DNA of 59,482 bases from an uncultured Bacilli bacterium (lineage in GTDB: Bacteria; Bacillota_I; Bacilli_A; RF39; UBA660). The notes beneath the pieces are model-generated. The model saw only the letters and a list, made by a program, of their open reading frames with translations, was not told where the DNA came from and ran no database searches. This document shows positions 59,079 through 59,482 of this stretch, in pieces; the stretch's first letter is position 1, and each line of letters starts with the position of its first letter. The stretch covers positions 1-59,482 of the forward strand of contig CANRFG010000005.1 in assembly GCA_947629815.1 (NCBI GenBank). Reading direction: 5' to 3'. The position numbers were made by a program, and so were the translations under genes.

Positions 59079-59482
59079 TTGAATAATAAATTAGAAACAA
59101 TTTCAAATCTTTTTGATGGTAAAGAAATAAGAAGTATTTGGGATGATGAAAAAGAAGAATATTACTTTAGTGTTGTTGATGTTATAAATGCATTAACTGA
59201 TAGTAGTGATGCTAGAAAATATTGGTCTGTATTAAAGCTAAGATTGAAAAAAGAAGGATCTGAGTTGACTACATTTTGTAGTCAACTGAAATTAAAAGCA
59301 AAAGATGGAAAATTCTATAACACCGATGTATTAGATACTAAGGGAATTTTAAGATTAATTGAATCAGTTCCATCAAATAAAGCAGAACCATTTAAACTAT
59401 GGCTTGCAAATTTAGGAAGTGAAAGAATTGATGAGGTGTTTGATCCTGAAATTGCAGTTAATAGAGCAGTAGAATATTATCG
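59079..59482 (+). CDS. BRO-N domain (phage antirepressor-like) protein, truncated by the window end
   Basis: TTG start after AGTAGGTG; LFDGKEIRSIWD..EEYYFSVVDVI..RKYWSVLK.RL..EG..LKL.AKDGK...RLIESVPSNKAEPFKLWLA. Confidence 0.85.
   Translation, partial: MNNKLETISNLFDGKEIRSIWDDEKEEYYFSVVDVINALTDSSDARKYWSVLKLRLKKEGSELTTFCSQLKLKAKDGKFYNTDVLDTKGILRLIESVPSNKAEPFKLWLANLGSERIDEVFDPEIAVNRAVEYY

Noticed and set aside
1-59482. CRISPR array, tRNA/rRNA, IS/transposase, integrase, reverse transcriptase
   Set aside because: No regularly spaced repeats, cloverleafs or relevant motifs were seen by eye

Overview
Very AT-rich chromosomal segment, with nearly all genes on the + strand, from a spore-forming, genome-reduced Bacillota. 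An RF39/RFN20-like Bacilli lineage is inferred from gene content, not proven; TGA is used as a stop. From left to right: a giant repeat surface protein with a thioredoxin-like and an O-antigen-ligase-like neighbour; a small defence islet (AAA_14/DUF4143 ATPase, a frameshifted remnant of a second one, AbiEi/AbiEii); a permuted, stripped dcw cluster (spoVD-mraY-spoVE/ftsW, then mraZ-rsmH-ftsL-pbpB); spoIIGA-sigE separated from sigG-ylmC by four genes; parE-[degenerate phosphoglycosyl transferase]-parC; ylbD-ylbE-rsmD; a peptide-export locus; translation genes (rpsU, yqeY, rpsB, tsf, trmH-like, rimM, trmD, rplS); lepB; a 2407-aa Zmp/M26-like metalloprotease; MATE, CarD, Sel1; and a truncated BRO-N gene. 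Best novelty candidates: (1) the peptide locus at 37.7-40.7 kb, with a C39 ABC exporter that apparently starts at ATT and three small ORFs missed by the ORF track (two double-glycine peptides and a leaderless hydrophobic peptide resembling the second core); (2) the Zmp protease carrying both a cohesin-like and a dockerin-like module around a two-helix membrane anchor; (3) a long helical protein with a C-terminal RelE-like domain and a small partner upstream of a hairpin-silenced sigG; (4) a catalytic-Asp-to-Asn phosphoglycosyl transferase inside the topoisomerase IV operon. All family assignments come from motif recognition by eye; no database searches were run.
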